Shown here: positions 8,940 to 20,056 of the stretch, piece after piece
Position numbering within the stretch: position 1 is the stretch's first letter
Layout: the number at the start of each line of letters is the position of its first letter
From: an uncultured Chloroflexia bacterium
GTDB lineage: Bacteria; Chloroflexota; Limnocylindria; Limnocylindrales; CSP1-4
DNA length: 64,000 nt
Assembly (NCBI GenBank): GCA_963755995.1
Contig: CAVWLQ010000003.1
Coordinates: forward strand, 388,734 to 452,733
Direction: 5' to 3'
Made by a program: the position numbers and the translations under genes
Notes under the pieces: generated by a model
The model's database searches: none
Seen by the model: only the letters and a program-made list of their open reading frames with translations
What the model was told of the DNA's origin: nothing

Positions 8940-10617
8940 AGCAGATCCCCGAGGCCGGCACGGGTCGCGGCCACGACGACCTCCTCGCCCGCATCCATCA
9001 CCTCGTCCGAGCCGGGAACGTCCCAGCGAGCGGCCTCGGAACCCGGGTCCGCGACCGCCAGGACACGGAGCGCGCCGGTCGCCGCCGAGCGAGGACGCGA
9101 GCCGGCCCTCGAGCCGTGAGCCCGCCGGCACGCGCAGGCGCGCGAACAGGACCATCCGGCGGTCACCGACGGGGACGGTCGCGATGACCTCGGATCGGAC
9201 CGCGGCTGCGGCGAACGCAGGTGCCGCGAGGTGCGACACGCTGCGGGTGAACCGGATCCGGAAGCCTCGCTGGACGCGTGTCGCGAACTCCGGGTCGTAC
9301 AGGCGGACGACGACGCGGAGGTCCGGTCGTGCCTTTCGCGCGTTGAGCGCGACGGACAGGTTGACCAGGTCGTCGTTGGTCGCCGCGACGATCGCCCGGG
9401 CCGTCGCGAGATGGAGCTCGTCGAGCACCTCGCCGTGGCGGGCGTCGCCGATGAATACCGGGATGCCGGCGGCCCGCGTCGGCGAGACGAACCGTCCGTC
9501 GTCGCTGACCTCGACGGCGACCACCGGCACGCCGCGCGCGGCGATGCCGAGGGCCGTCCGGTAGCCGATCGAGCCCAGCCCGACGACGATGACGTGGTCG
9601 TGGATGTCGCCCGGGACCGTCCGTCGACCGAGCGTCTGGAGGAGCCGCGACCGGATGAGCGCGTCCGTGATGAACGCGTAGACGACCGCGACGATGGCCG
9701 CCCCGACGAGGCTCAGGAAGATCGCGTAGACGCGCAACGCGGTGTTGCCGGCGGCGTCCTGCGATGTCCGCCGGCAGCGAGGCCCCGGTCAGCAGCGTGA
9801 TCGCGTACGAGACCGCGTCCAGCGGCGTCAGTCCGGCGACGAGGTCGAAGAAGACCGCCGAGCCGACGGCGAGGATGACGAGGATCGCGCCGAAACGGAG
9901 CAGCCGCTGCTCGGGCGCGCGAAACCGGCTCCGGATCGACTCGACGGCGCCGCGCGCCGGATGGATGACCGGGGCGGCCGGTCGCGGCGGCACGCCGTCC
10001 CCCTCGGCACCGCCGTCGGCGGCCACCTCGCCGATGTCGACGAGGATGAGGTCGGATCGCTGCTTCGGGCGTCGGGCAGGAGCTCGACGATCCGGTCGGC
10101 ATGCAGGCGAGCGATCGGGATCGACGTCGGGGAGCGGGGCGGGTCCGCGGATTCGCGCGACTCGAGGACCCGGCCGGCGAGCCGGAAGCGGGTGCCGGTC
10201 TCGCCGTCGATCGCAGCGGACACGAAGCCGGGTGCCGCGAGCGCCGAGGACGACAGGGCGACGGCATCGGGGAAGAGCTCCGGGATGTGCGAGCCGAGCT
10301 CCTGGTCGAACATGCGGATGACGATCCGCAGGTCCGCGTTGAGCTCCACCGCGGCGAGCGCCGTGTTGAGGTTGGCCAGGTCGTCGTCGCCGGTCATGAC
10401 GATCGCGGACGGCGGTCTCGACGTCGGCCTGGCTCAGCACCCGGGCAAGGAGCGGGTCGCCGACGACGAGCCGGACCCCGGTCTCCGCCAGATGCTCGGC
10501 CGCGTCGTCGTTGGCGCCGATCCCGACGACCTCCTCGTCGCGCATCCGCAGCTCGTCGATGGTGCGCAGGCCGAGGTGGTCGAGCCCGCAGACGATCACA
10601 TGACCGGTCGACAGCAT
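8879..10617 (-). pseudogene. RCK(TrkA-N)-channel-RCK protein with about four apparent frameshifts (near 10400, 10075, 9745, 9075)
   Basis: Segments: HVIVCGLDHLGLRTIDEL (RCK 1), DLANLNTALAAVELNADLRIVIRM, a two-TM pore module (LLRFGAILVILAVGSAVFF...TPLDAVSYAITLLTGAS...LRVYAIFLSLVGAAIVAVVYAF), and HVIVVGLGSIGYRTA (RCK 2). They are spread over ORFs 9163..10617, 9828..10397, 8358..9737 and 8879..9166. Confidence 0.6.
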
Positions 10618-10678
10618 CGGTGCAGTCTACGGTCGGCCACGGGGTTGGGGCGGCCTCGTTCGCCCGCCCCTGGCGTCG

Positions 10679-11689
10679 TCAGTCGGCGAGGTCGCCAGCG
10701 AGGATCGCCGCCATCTCCCGTGCATTGGTCGTGCCGTAGTTGGCGTAGCAGTTGTTCATGAGGACGTGCGTGTCCTCGGCCGAGGACGCGGCGTCCCTGA
10801 TGCGCGGCGCCCATTCCTCGAGCTCGTCCCGCGAGTACAGGTAGCGGAAGCGCTCAGCCGGCGTGATGCCCTTGGCCTCCCACGTCTCGCGATTGCGGCC
10901 ATGGAAGCGGACGAGGGCGAGGTCCGACGTCACCGCCGTCACCGGCGGCACGCTGCTCTTGAAGCCCTGCGGCTCGTCCACCATCACGAACGCGATCTTG
11001 CGGTCCGTCAGGAAGCGGAGCGTCCGCTCGGCGTTCTTCTCGTTGAGCCACGAGGCGTTCCGGAACTCCACGGCCGGCGTCATCCCGTCAAGCCGCTCGA
11101 CCGCGTCCTCGATCGCCGCCCGGTTCTCCGAGGACGGGAAGAACCAGCGCGGGAACTGGAGCAGGATCGAGCCAAGCTGGCCGGCCTCGCGGAGCGGCTC
11201 CAGGCCATCGCGGAACGTGGCCCAGACCTCGTCCAGCGCATCGGGCGGCAGGTCCTTGGCGTAGACCCGGGTCTTGGCCGCGATCGGCGGCGGCAGGCTC
11301 TCGCGGATCGCCTTGGGCAGGCGTTTCGTCTCGGTCCCCTGGCCGGTCATCAGGGCGTGCGCCTTGATGTCGAACGTGAAGTCCGCCGGCGTGCGCTCGA
11401 CCCACAGCTCGGCGGTCCTGGCGGACGGCAACGCGTAGTACGTCGCATCGACCTCGACCAGCGGGAAGGTCGCGGCGTAGTGCTGGAGGCGTTCCTCCGC
11501 GGTCGTCGCAGACGCCGGGTAGAAGACACCGGCCGCGGTCATCGTCGGGTCCGTCCAGGACGCGGTCCCGATGCGGATCCGGCCGCCCGTAGGGGTCTCG
11601 ATCGGCACCATCGCCGCAGACTCGACGTCGTCGGCGCGCTCGTTCGCGATCGTGGGGCCGGGGTCGTTCGGGTCGGTCGCAGTCGTCAT
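10679..11689 (-). CDS. DUF72 (YecE-like) protein
   Basis: IRIGTASWTD...LQHYAATFPLVEVDATYYALP...FTFDIKAH...LGSILLQFPRWF...VEFRNASW. The start is taken at MTTATDP (ATG 11689) because the longer ORF would overlap the tRNA. Confidence 0.85.
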   Translation of the reverse strand: MTTATDPNDPGPTIANERADDVESAAMVPIETPTGGRIRIGTASWTDPTMTAAGVFYPASATTAEERLQHYAATFPLVEVDATYYALPSARTAELWVERTPADFTFDIKAHALMTGQGTETKRLPKAIRESLPPPIAAKTRVYAKDLPPDALDEVWATFRDGLEPLREAGQLGSILLQFPRWFFPSSENRAAIEDAVERLDGMTPAVEFRNASWLNEKNAERTLRFLTDRKIAFVMVDEPQGFKSSVPPVTAVTSDLALVRFHGRNRETWEAKGITPAERFRYLYSRDELEEWAPRIRDAASSAEDTHVLMNNCYANYGTTNAREMAAILAGDLAD

Positions 11690-11724
11690 GGCGAGGGGCG
11701 AGGCGGACCAGCGTGCGGGAACGT

Positions 11725-11799
11725 TGGTGAGCCCGGTGGGACTTGAACCCACGACCGAGAGATTAAGAGTCTCCTGCTCTGCCGCTGAGCTACGGGCCC
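11725..11799 (-). tRNA. tRNA-Lys (anticodon CUU), 75 nt with encoded CCA
   Basis: Hand-folded cloverleaf: acceptor GGGCCCG/CGGGCUC, D-arm GCUC-AGCGGCA-GAGC, anticodon arm GGAGA-CUCUUAA-UCUCU, variable loop CGGUC, T-arm GUGGG-UUCAAGU-CCCAC, then discriminator A and CCA. Confidence 0.85.
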
Positions 11800-11873
11800 G
11801 GACGCATGATACCCGAACCGTTCCAGCCGGCTGGCGGCACGCCCAGGCCGGGCGCGCCTCGGAGCGAACCGCC

Positions 11874-11879
11874 TAGACT
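11874..11879 (+). promoter_or_regulatory. putative -10 hexamer (TAGACT), leaderless start
   Basis: TANNNT 7 nt upstream of ATG 11887. Confidence 0.4.
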
Positions 11880-11886
11880 CGGGGGC

Positions 11887-12890
11887 ATGGCGACCAAGCT
11901 GATCCTCGACGTCGACACGGGCACGGACGACGCCGTCGCCCTGATGCTCGCGTGCCCTTCATCCGGACCTCGAGCTGATCGCGGCGACGACCGTCAACGG
12001 CAACGTGCCCGTCGAGTACTGCACGGAGAACTCGCTCCGCGTCTTCGACCACATCGGGCGATCCCGGTGCCGGTCTACGAGGGCGTCGGCCAAGCCGATC
12101 GCCCGCGACGACTTCCCGATCGCGCGGCCCGACATCAAGAGCACGGGCGCAGTCCACGGCGGCTACCTCGACATCCCGGCGTCCACTCAGCCGCAAGCAG
12201 GCGACCGGCGCCGTCGAGTTCCTGATCGAGACCTACCGCGCCGCGACCGAGCCGATCGTCCTCGTCCCGGTCGGGCCCGATGTCGAACATCGCGACCGCC
12301 TTGACCGCCGAGCCGCGCCTGCGCGACCTCGTCCCGGAGCTCGTGATCATGGGCGGCGCGAACCGCTACGGGAACGTCACGCCGCGCGCCGAGTTCAACG
12401 TCTGGGCGGACCCGGAGGCGGCCCGGATCGTCCTCGGCCAGCGGCGTCCGCAAGATCACGCTCGTGCCCGCTCGATGCGACCCACCAGGCGCTCGTCTCG
12501 CTCGACGACTGCGCGGCACTGCGGGCGCTCGGCACGCCCGCCGGCGACGCCGCGGCGCGCTTCACCGAACGCCGGATCGAGGGCTACGACCGGACCCAGC
12601 CGATGAAGCGGCCGAACGCGGCGCCGGTCCACGACGCCCTGGCCGTCGCGTCGATCGTCGATCCGGCCGTCATCACGACCACGTTCCTCCACGTGGACGT
12701 CGAGACGCACGGCGAGCTGACGGTCGGCGAGACCGTCGTCGACACGAACCACCGCGGCGACGGCGCCCCGAACGTCCACGTCGCGCTCGAGGCCGACGAA
12801 GCGCCGGTTCGTCGCGCTGCTGCTCGAGACGTTCGCCCGGACCGACGCGGTCCGAGACACTGGGCGGAGAACAGGACCATCGGTCGCTGA
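11887..12890 (+). pseudogene. nucleoside hydrolase (IunH/RihA-like) with at least seven apparent frameshifts; 3' end uncertain
   Basis: MATKLILDVDTGTDDAVALMLA (DxDxxxDD motif), HPDLELIAATTVNGNVPVEYCTENSLRVFDHIG, IPVPVYEGVGQ, PIARDDFP...[36 protein letters not shown]...[46 protein letters not shown]...APVHDALAVA. Each segment lies in a different frame. Confidence 0.75.
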
Positions 12891-12911
12891 CGACCCGCTC
12901 GACACGCGGCA

Positions 12912-12917
12912 TATCCT
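12912..12917 (+). promoter_or_regulatory. putative -10 hexamer (TATCCT), leaderless start
   Basis: TANNNT 6 nt upstream of GTG 12924. Confidence 0.3.
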
Positions 12918-12923
12918 GCGCCG

Positions 12924-13202
12924 GTGGGTATCGAGTTCGTCTCCGAGACGAGGATCATGATCGGACGCCTCGCCGCGCCGACGGACCCGAGCCGGGAATG
13001 GTGGTGGCAGTCGGCGACGACCGTCGAGGGCGTCGAGACGACGATCGGCGGCTTCGCCGCGACCGAGAACGACGCGATCCTCGAGGCCGCGCGGTCGACG
13101 ATCACCCTGCGCTCGCAGGACCGGCCCGCCCGACCGAAGCCGCCCGCGGATCCGCGCGCCCACGAGCCCGGCTGGTGGCCCGGCCTCGACAAGGAGACCT
13201 GA
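12924..13202 (+). CDS. small hypothetical protein (92 aa)
   Basis: The ORF has non-junk composition (MGIEFVSETRIMIGRLAAPTDPSREWWWQSATTVEGVETTIGGFAATENDAILEAARS...) and a leaderless-type -10 in front. I do not recognise a family. Confidence 0.35.
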   Translation: MGIEFVSETRIMIGRLAAPTDPSREWWWQSATTVEGVETTIGGFAATENDAILEAARSTITLRSQDRPARPKPPADPRAHEPGWWPGLDKET

Positions 13203-13343
13203 GCGCGAGCGGCCGTCCGGGATGCTACCCTGAGCGCGTCCTTTCATGGCCGGTCCTGTGAGGCTGGCGTACCGGTCCCGTGAGGCCGGCGAAGGAGGCA
13301 TCGATGTCTGCGCACGCGTCCGCCCACCGAGCCCGCGAGGCCG

Positions 13344-14538
13344 GTGGGTTCGTTGTATCCGGGGCCGCGTGATCGCCCGACCCGTCCCACCGGCACCGCG
13401 GAGCGAGCGCCGTCGTCGATCCCCGGATCGGCGACCTCGGGCCGGCAGTTGCTGGCGCTCGAGGACGGGACGGTCTTCCCGGGCGTCGCGTTCGGGGCGC
13501 CGGTCGCGGCCGGCGGCGACCTCGTCGTCAACACCAGCCAGACCGGCTACCAGGAGGTCTGCACCGACCCCTCGTACGCCGGCCAGGTCGTGGTGATGAC
13601 CTACCCGCTGATCGGCAACTACGGCCGGCTGGCCGACGACGACCAGTCGGTCCGGCCGTGGCTCCGGGCGCTGGTCGTGGCCAACGCGACGGCAGCCGTC
13701 CTCGACGATGCCCGCCAGCTCGCGGCGCTCCTGCGCGACGCGTCGATCCCGGCCATCGCCGGGGTCGACACCCGGGCGCTCGCCCGCCACCTGCGGGCCA
13801 ACGGCTGCCTGCGCGGGCATCGTCACCGCCCCGGGCGATGACTGATCCGCGACGCGGCGGTGGCCGCGGCGCGCGGCCGTCGTCCGCTGGGAGGACCAGG
13901 ACTTCGTCGGCCAGGTCTCGCCGTCGTCGATCATGGATGTCGGGCGAGCCGAGGACGGCGGTCCGCTGATCGGGATCGTCGACTTCGGGCTCAAATCGAA
14001 CATCGTCCGCGCGATGCGCCACGCGGCGCCCGGGTGCGCGTCCTGCCGCACACGATCTCGCCGCCGTCGCCCTCGCCCGCGACATCGACGGCCTGATCCT
14101 GTCGCCCGGGCCGGGGGATCCGGCCCGCCTCGACGGGCCCGTCGCGCTGGCGAAGGCGATCATCGACGACGGCCGGCCGCTGCTCGGGATCTGCCTGGGC
14201 CACCAGATCGTCGCCCGTGCCGCGGGCGCCGACACGACCCGACTCCGGTTCGGCCACCACGGCGCGAACCACCCGGTCCGCGACGTCGAGCTCGGGCTGG
14301 TCCAGGTGACCGCCCAGAACCACGAGGTCCAGGTCGTCGGCTCCGTCGGTGCCGGAGCGCGTCCGGCTTCCGGGTCAGCCAGGTCAATCTCAACGACGGC
14401 TCCGTCGAGGGCCTGCGCCACCGCGAGCAGCCGATCGAGACCGTCCAGTACCACCCCGAAGGCGCGCCGGGGCCGCTCGACGCGCTGGCCGTGTTCGATC
14501 GTTTCGTGGCCGCCGTATCCGGCGTCGCCGCTCGATGA
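13344..14538 (+). pseudogene. carA: carbamoyl-phosphate synthase small (glutaminase) subunit with about six apparent frameshifts; true start uncertain
   Basis: LLALEDGTVFPG...LVVNTSQTGYQEVCTDPSYAGQVVVMTYPLIGNYG, IVDFGLKSNIVRAM, GARVRVLPHT, DGLILSPGPGDP...PLLGICLGHQI...[25 protein letters not shown]...[11 protein letters not shown]. These are spread over frames of ORFs 13344.., 13933.., 13860.. and 14306... The stop overlaps the carB ATG (ATGA). Confidence 0.8.
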
Positions 14539-17500
14539 CCGACGCGTTCGTGAAGCCCGCCTCGGTCCTGATCCTCGGGTCCGGGCCGGTCGTCATCGGC
14601 CAGGCGGCCGAGTTCGACTACGCCGGGACCCAGGCCTGCCGCGCCCTGCGGGCCGAGGGCGTCCGGACGATCCTGGTCAACTCGAACCCGGCCACGATCA
14701 TGACCGACCCGTCGGTGGCCGACGTCATCTACCTCGAGCCGCTCACCGTCGAGGCGGTCGAGGCGGTCATCGCCCGGGAGCGGCCGGAGGGCCTGCTGGC
14801 CGGGCTCGGCGGCCAGACCGCGCTGAACCTGACCGCGGCCATGGCCGAGGCGGGCGTCTTCGAGCGCCACGCCGATCCGCCTGCTCGGGACGCCGCTCGA
14901 CGGCGATCCGGATGGCCGAGGACCGCGAGGCGTTCCGCGACCTGCTCGACCGGCTCGGCCAGCCGTACGCGCCGAGCTTCATCGTCGAGGGCGCGACGCA
15001 GCGACTGCGCGACGCGTCGGCCGACGAGGCGCTCGCGACGATCGGCCTGCCGGCGATCGTCCGGCCGGCCTTCACGCTGGGCGGCACCGGCGGCGGGATC
15101 GTCGAGACCGAGCCGGCCTACCGCGAGCGGATCCGGGCCGGCCTGCGCGCCAGCCCGATCGGCCAGGTGATGGTCGAGAAGTGCCTCGTCGGCTGGCAGG
15201 AGATCGAGTACGAGGTCATGCGCGACGCGGACGACACGTGCATCGCGGTGTGCTCGATGGAGAACGTCGACCCGCTCGGCGTCCACACCGGCGACTCGAT
15301 CGTCGTCGCGCCTGTCCAGACCCTGACCGACGCGGTCCACCAGCGCCTGCGCAGCGCCGCCCTCGCGATCATCCGGGCGCTCGGGGTCGAGGGCGGCTGC
15401 AACGTCCAGTTCGCGCTGTCGCCCGACTCGACCGAGTACGCCGTCATCGAGGTCAACCCGCGCGTCAGCCGCAGCGTCCGCGCTGGCCTCCAAGGCGACC
15501 GGCTACCCGATCGCCCGGGTCGCGGCCCAGATCGCGGTCGGTCGCCGGCTGGCCGAGATCCCGAACGTCGTGACCGGCACGACCGTCGCGGCGTTCGAGC
15601 CCGCGCTCGACTACGTCGTCGTCAAGCTGCCGCGCTTCCCGTTCGACAAGTTCCCGGGCGCGGACCGCAGCCTCGGCAGCCAGATGAAGGCGACCGGCGA
15701 GGTGATGGCCATCGACCGGACCTTCGGATCGGCCCTCAACAAGGCCCTCCGCGGTCTCGAGCAGGCCGGCGTCGGGCCGCTGGCCGAGGATCCCGGCTGG
15801 GCCGCGACATTCGGCTACCTCGCCGGGGTCTACGCCGGCGACCCGGACGACGACGGCCCGATCCAGTGGGTCGACGAGGCGGGCCAGGCGTGCGAATCGA
15901 CCCGGCACGCCCAGCGGACGGCCGCCCCGATCGTGCTGCGCCGGTTCCTCGCAACCATCCGACAGCCGGCTGTGGCGGATCCTCGGGCTGCTGCGTCGGG
16001 GCGTGCCCGAAGCGGTCATCGGCGGGACGACCGGGTATCGCCGCCTGGTTCCTGGCCGAGATGGGCCGCAACGTCGCGCTCGAGGCGGAGGTCGCCGCGA
16101 CCGGCGCGCGCCTGGCCGATCCCGAGGACGCCGCGGCCGCGGAGCTGCTCGCGACCGTCAAGCGGGCCGGCTTCGGCGACCGGGAGCTGGCCGACCTGGC
16201 GGCCACCACGCCGGCCGAGATCCGGGCGGCCCGGCTGGCCCTCGGCCTGCGCCCGGGGTACGCGATGGTCGACACGTGCGCCGCGGAGTTCGCCGCCGAG
16301 ACGCCGTACTTCTACTCGACCTACGCCGCGGCCGGATCCGTGCCCGAGGCGCCGCCGGTCGGCCGCCCGGCGGCGCTCGTCATCGGCTCGGGGCCGGTCC
16401 GGATCGGGCAGGGGATCGAGTTCGACTACTGCGCGGTCCAGGCCGCCGACACGCTCCGCCGGGCGGGCTGGAGCGCGGTCATGATCAACTCGAACCCGGA
16501 GACGGTCTCGACCGACTTCGACGCCTCCACGCGGCTGTACTTCGAGCCGCTGGACCCGGAGAGCGTGCGGAGCGTCATCGATGCGGAGACGCCCGACGGC
16601 GAGACGCTCCTGCCGGCCGTCGTCGCGTACGGCGGCCAGACGCCGCTCAACCTGGCGTCGCCGCTCGCCGACGGCGGCGTGCCGTTGCTCGGCTCGACCC
16701 TGGAGTCGATCGACCAGGCCGAGGAGCGGACGCGGTTCTCGGCGCTCCTCGACCGGCTCGGGATCCCGCAGCCCGAGGGCGGCATGGCCCACAGCGTCGA
16801 CGAGGCGCTGACCCTCGCCGAGCGGATCGGCTACCCGGTGATCGTGCGGCCGTCGTTCGTCATCGGTGGCCTGGCGATCGACTTCTGCTACTCACCCGAG
16901 GATCTTGCGCGCCAGCTGGCCGCCGCGACCGTGGTCGACCCGGACCGGCCCGTCCGGATCGATCGCTATCTCGAGGGCGTCGAGGTCGACGTCGACGCCG
17001 TGTCGGACGGCGAGCGGGTCCTGATCCCGGGCCTGCTCGAGCACGTCGAGCGGGCGGGCGTCCATTCCGGCGACTCGGTCGGGATGTTCCCGCCCCAGAC
17101 GGTGTCGGACGGCGATCAGGCCCTGATCGTCGCGACGATGGAACGGATCGTGCTGGCGCTCGGCGCCCGCGGCCTGGTCAACGCCCAGTTCATCGTCCGC
17201 GACGACGGCGTCTACCTGATCGAGGTCAACCCGCGCGCCTCGCGGACGGTCCCGTTCCTGTCCAAGGTGACCGGCGTGCCGATGGTCGAGCTGGCGGTGC
17301 GCATCTCGCTCGGGGCCACGTTGCCGGAGCTCGGCTGGGACGGCGGCCACCTCCCGCCGCCGGCCTTCGTGGCGGTCAAGGCGCCGGCCTTCTCGACCGC
17401 CAAGCTCCGCGGCGTGGATCCGTCGGTCGGGCCGGGGATGCAGTCGACCGGCGAGGTCATCGGGATCCACGACGATCCACGGGTGGCGCTGGCCAAGGCC

Positions 17501-17992
17501 CTGCTCGGGGCCGCGCTGGTCCCGCCGCGACCGGGCGGCGACGGCGCGCTCGCGCTCCTGTCGATCGCCGACCGCGACAAGGGGACGCTCCCGCGCCTGG
17601 CCGCCGCGCTGGCCGCTGCCGGCTACCGGATGGCCGCCACGCCCGGCACGCGCACGGCGCTCGCTGCGGCCGGCCACGAGGCCCGTCCCGTGGCCAAGCT
17701 CGGCGAGGAGGCGGACGACGCGGCCGGCGAGGTCCCGATCCTCGACCTCATCGCGTCCGGCGAGGTCCGGCTCGTGGTCAACACCCCGACGCCCCGCTCG
17801 GGTGCCGTCCGCGACGCCGCTGAGATCCGTCTGGCGGCGACCTCGGAAGGGATCCTGTGCCTGACCGCCATGGAGACCGCCGTGGCGGCGGCGGAGGCGC
17901 TCGACCCGGCGATCGCGAGCCGGCTCACCGACGTGCGGTCGCTCGACGAATGGGTGCCGGCGACTGGCCGCCTCGTGACGACCCCGGCCTGA
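14535..17992 (+). pseudogene. carB: carbamoyl-phosphate synthase large subunit with five apparent +1 frameshifts (about 14873, 14909, 15476, 15964, 16035)
   Basis: [42 protein letters not shown].., ..[10 protein letters not shown]...[14 protein letters not shown]...[26 protein letters not shown]..., ...AAWFLAEM..., the second ATP-grasp half ([19 protein letters not shown]...VNPRASRTVPF) and an MGS-like C-terminus. Assembled from ORFs 14349.., 14306.., 15570.. and 16003... Confidence 0.9.
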
Positions 17993-18007
17993 CTCAGGAC
18001 GCCGCGG

Positions 18008-19385
18008 TCAGGACGGCGGCGCGACCACGATCGCCTGGCCGAGGCTCCACAGGGTGAGCGTGGTCAGGCCGACCATCACGATCGCGAGCGGGATCTGGCG
18101 GCGCCGCAGGGCGCTCGCCGAGATCCCGGCCGGTGCGTCGGCCGCGGCCACGACGTGTCCACCCCAGGCCCCCAGCATGTGGCCGCCGACGACCGCCGCG
18201 AGCTGGACCGTCCAGACGAGGCCAGGTGGCAGCCACGCGCCACTCGGCGTGTGGAATGCGGTGCCGAACAGGTTCCAGCCCTTCTGGAACGGGTCGGAGA
18301 TGGCGATCAGGATGCGCTGGCCGTCGATCAGCAGATAGGTCAGGTAGTGGGCGATGAGATAGCCCAGGGCGATGGGCAGCAGGCCGGCGCCGATCGCGCC
18401 GAGGCCGACCGTGGTGGCGACCGCGAAGGCGAGCCCCACGACGATGCCCAGCCACGCGAAGAGGAGCAGCGTCTTGATGGCGATCCCGGGCGCCCCGAAC
18501 AGGTCGAAGAACGGCTGCGTCTGTGACAGGCCGTCGAAGATGATCGACGACACACCCAGCGCGACGAGCGTCACGTCCGCCCGGCTCCAGCCCGGCTCGA
18601 GGAGGCCGCTCCCGAAGGACCGGCGGGCGACCCGTCCGTCTTCGTCCACCAGCCGCCAGTAGGCGAGGCGACCAAGGGTCCGGAACCAGACCGTGAACGT
18701 CTCGCCGTGGGACCGCCATTCGTCGCGACCGAACTGGGCCATCATCGCCAGCGTGAGCGCGGTGTAGCCGACCAGCACGATGAACAGCGTGGACGGACCG
18801 GCCACGACGACCAGCTCCAGCCAGACGAAGAACGCGAAGCCCGCGGTCGCCGGCCAGCGCCCGATGCGCTCCGGATAGTCGGCGATGGCCCAGCCCTGGA
18901 CGTGCAGCGTGCGAAGGAGCCACGGCACCCATGTCGTGGAGCGTGGAGAACGGGTCGAGGAACTGCCAGGCCGGGCCGACGATCGCGCAGATGATGGCCA
19001 GCCCGACCCAGCCGTAGACCCACAGGAAGAGCGTCGCCACGTCGCCGTCGCTCGAGCCGCCCGCGATGCCCTGGGCGATGATCCACGCCCAGCCGAACAG
19101 GCCGATCGCACGCAGCGCGACGCGCAGCCAGGCAGGCGGCAGCGTCCCCTCGGCGGTCAGGTCCGGCGGTTGCGCCCGGACGTCGCGGACGATGACGAAG
19201 ATGAAGGAAAGCGCGACCGTCGCGGCGGCCCCGACAACGTAGACCGCCAGGGGCAACCGGCTCGTGTACGTCGCGTTGAGCGTGTGCGCCGCGACGGTCG
19301 CCGGCAGCAGGAACGCGAAGCCGAGGGCCGCCGCGACCAGCCCGCCCAGCCGCGCCGCGAGCGATCGCCGCCGCTCGCGGGTCAC
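18008..19385 (-). pseudogene. polytopic membrane protein translationally coupled to CopC, one apparent frameshift near 18925-18930
   Basis: The GTG at 19385 overlaps the copC stop (GTGA). The N-terminal part is in the frame of ORF 17994..19730 (...AAHTLNATYTSRLPLAVYVVGAAATVALSFIFV...DPFSTLHDMG). The remainder is in ORF 18008..19111 (WLLRTLHVQGWAIADYPERIG..., many TM segments). Family not recognised. Confidence 0.55.
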
Positions 19386-20044
19386 GTCTGGTCGGGTGGG
19401 CGTGTCGGGCTGGCTGGGCTGCTTGGGTCGCTCGGCCCGCTCGGACGGTTGCGTCGGGTCAGCAGGTACGCGGCACCGGCGGCCAGGACGAGCAGGGCCA
19501 CGATGATCGGCAGTGCGACATCCCCGCCGCTTCCCGTTGCGGTGCCGGCGCTCGAAGGTGATGGGGACGGGCTTGGAACGGTGGACGGGGCCGCGCTCGC
19601 GGGGGCGACGCTCGCGCTCGGTGCCAGGCTGGCGACGGGGCTGGCCGTGATGGCAACGGATGCCGGCGGCGCGACCGTGAATTTGACGATCCCTCGGAGA
19701 AGGTCGCCATCGTCGGCGACACTCACCCACTGGACCTGCCAGGCGCCCGGCGAGAGCGCCGAGGTCGGCGTGAACGTCATCGTCTTCGCGTTCGGGTCGA
19801 CGACGGCCTGAGCGATCGTCGCCCCCGACGGATCTGCGAGATCGGCCTTGGACCCGCTTGCCAGGTCTTCGGAGAACGTCAGGACGATGGGCCCGTCGTA
19901 GGGCGACACGACGGTCGCGCCCTCGGCCGGATCCGAGGTCACGAGCTCAGAATGCGCGGCGGCCACGGCCGGCAACAGGACCAGAACGAGCGGCACGGCC
20001 AACCAGATGGCAGCGAGACGACGGACGGGGCTGCGCATCGGCAT
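19382..20044 (-). CDS. copC: CopC-domain copper-binding protein with Pro/Ser/Ala linker and C-terminal TM anchor
   Basis: Signal peptide ending in AAAHSELVTSDPAEGATV (typical mature CopC N-terminus). It continues ...VQWVSVADDGDLLRGIVKFTV, then low complexity, then a TM segment (LPIIVALLVLAAGAAYLL). Confidence 0.8.
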   Translation of the reverse strand: MPMRSPVRRLAAIWLAVPLVLVLLPAVAAAHSELVTSDPAEGATVVSPYDGPIVLTFSEDLASGSKADLADPSGATIAQAVVDPNAKTMTFTPTSALSPGAWQVQWVSVADDGDLLRGIVKFTVAPPASVAITASPVASLAPSASVAPASAAPSTVPSPSPSPSSAGTATGSGGDVALPIIVALLVLAAGAAYLLTRRNRPSGPSDPSSPASPTRPPDQT

Positions 20045-20050
20045 CTTCGG

Positions 20051-20056
20051 AGTCTA
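20051..20056 (-). promoter_or_regulatory. putative -10 hexamer (TAGACT on minus strand), leaderless start of copC
   Basis: The minus-strand sequence reads ...TTTGTAGACTCCGAAGATG, so TANNNT sits 6 nt upstream of the ATG at 20044. Confidence 0.4.

Noticed and set aside
11690-11886. tRNA-Lys as a possible integration site for a genomic island or prophage.
   Set aside because: There is no integrase, no direct repeat of the tRNA 3' end, and no phage or transposase genes nearby. The flanking genes are DUF72 and a nucleoside hydrolase.
14306-17992. A single 1228-aa ORF offered by the track as one protein.
   Set aside because: Its first roughly 75 codons belong to carA, and the next roughly 120 are out-of-frame carB. 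The true carB must be assembled from four ORFs because of indels.
7025-17992. Programmed ribosomal frameshifting or transcriptional slippage as an explanation for the split genes.
   Set aside because: There are multiple shifts per gene, in both directions, at sites without a shared slippery heptamer, and in genes (carA, carB, aldehyde dehydrogenase) not known to use recoding. Indel errors or pseudogenisation are simpler explanations.
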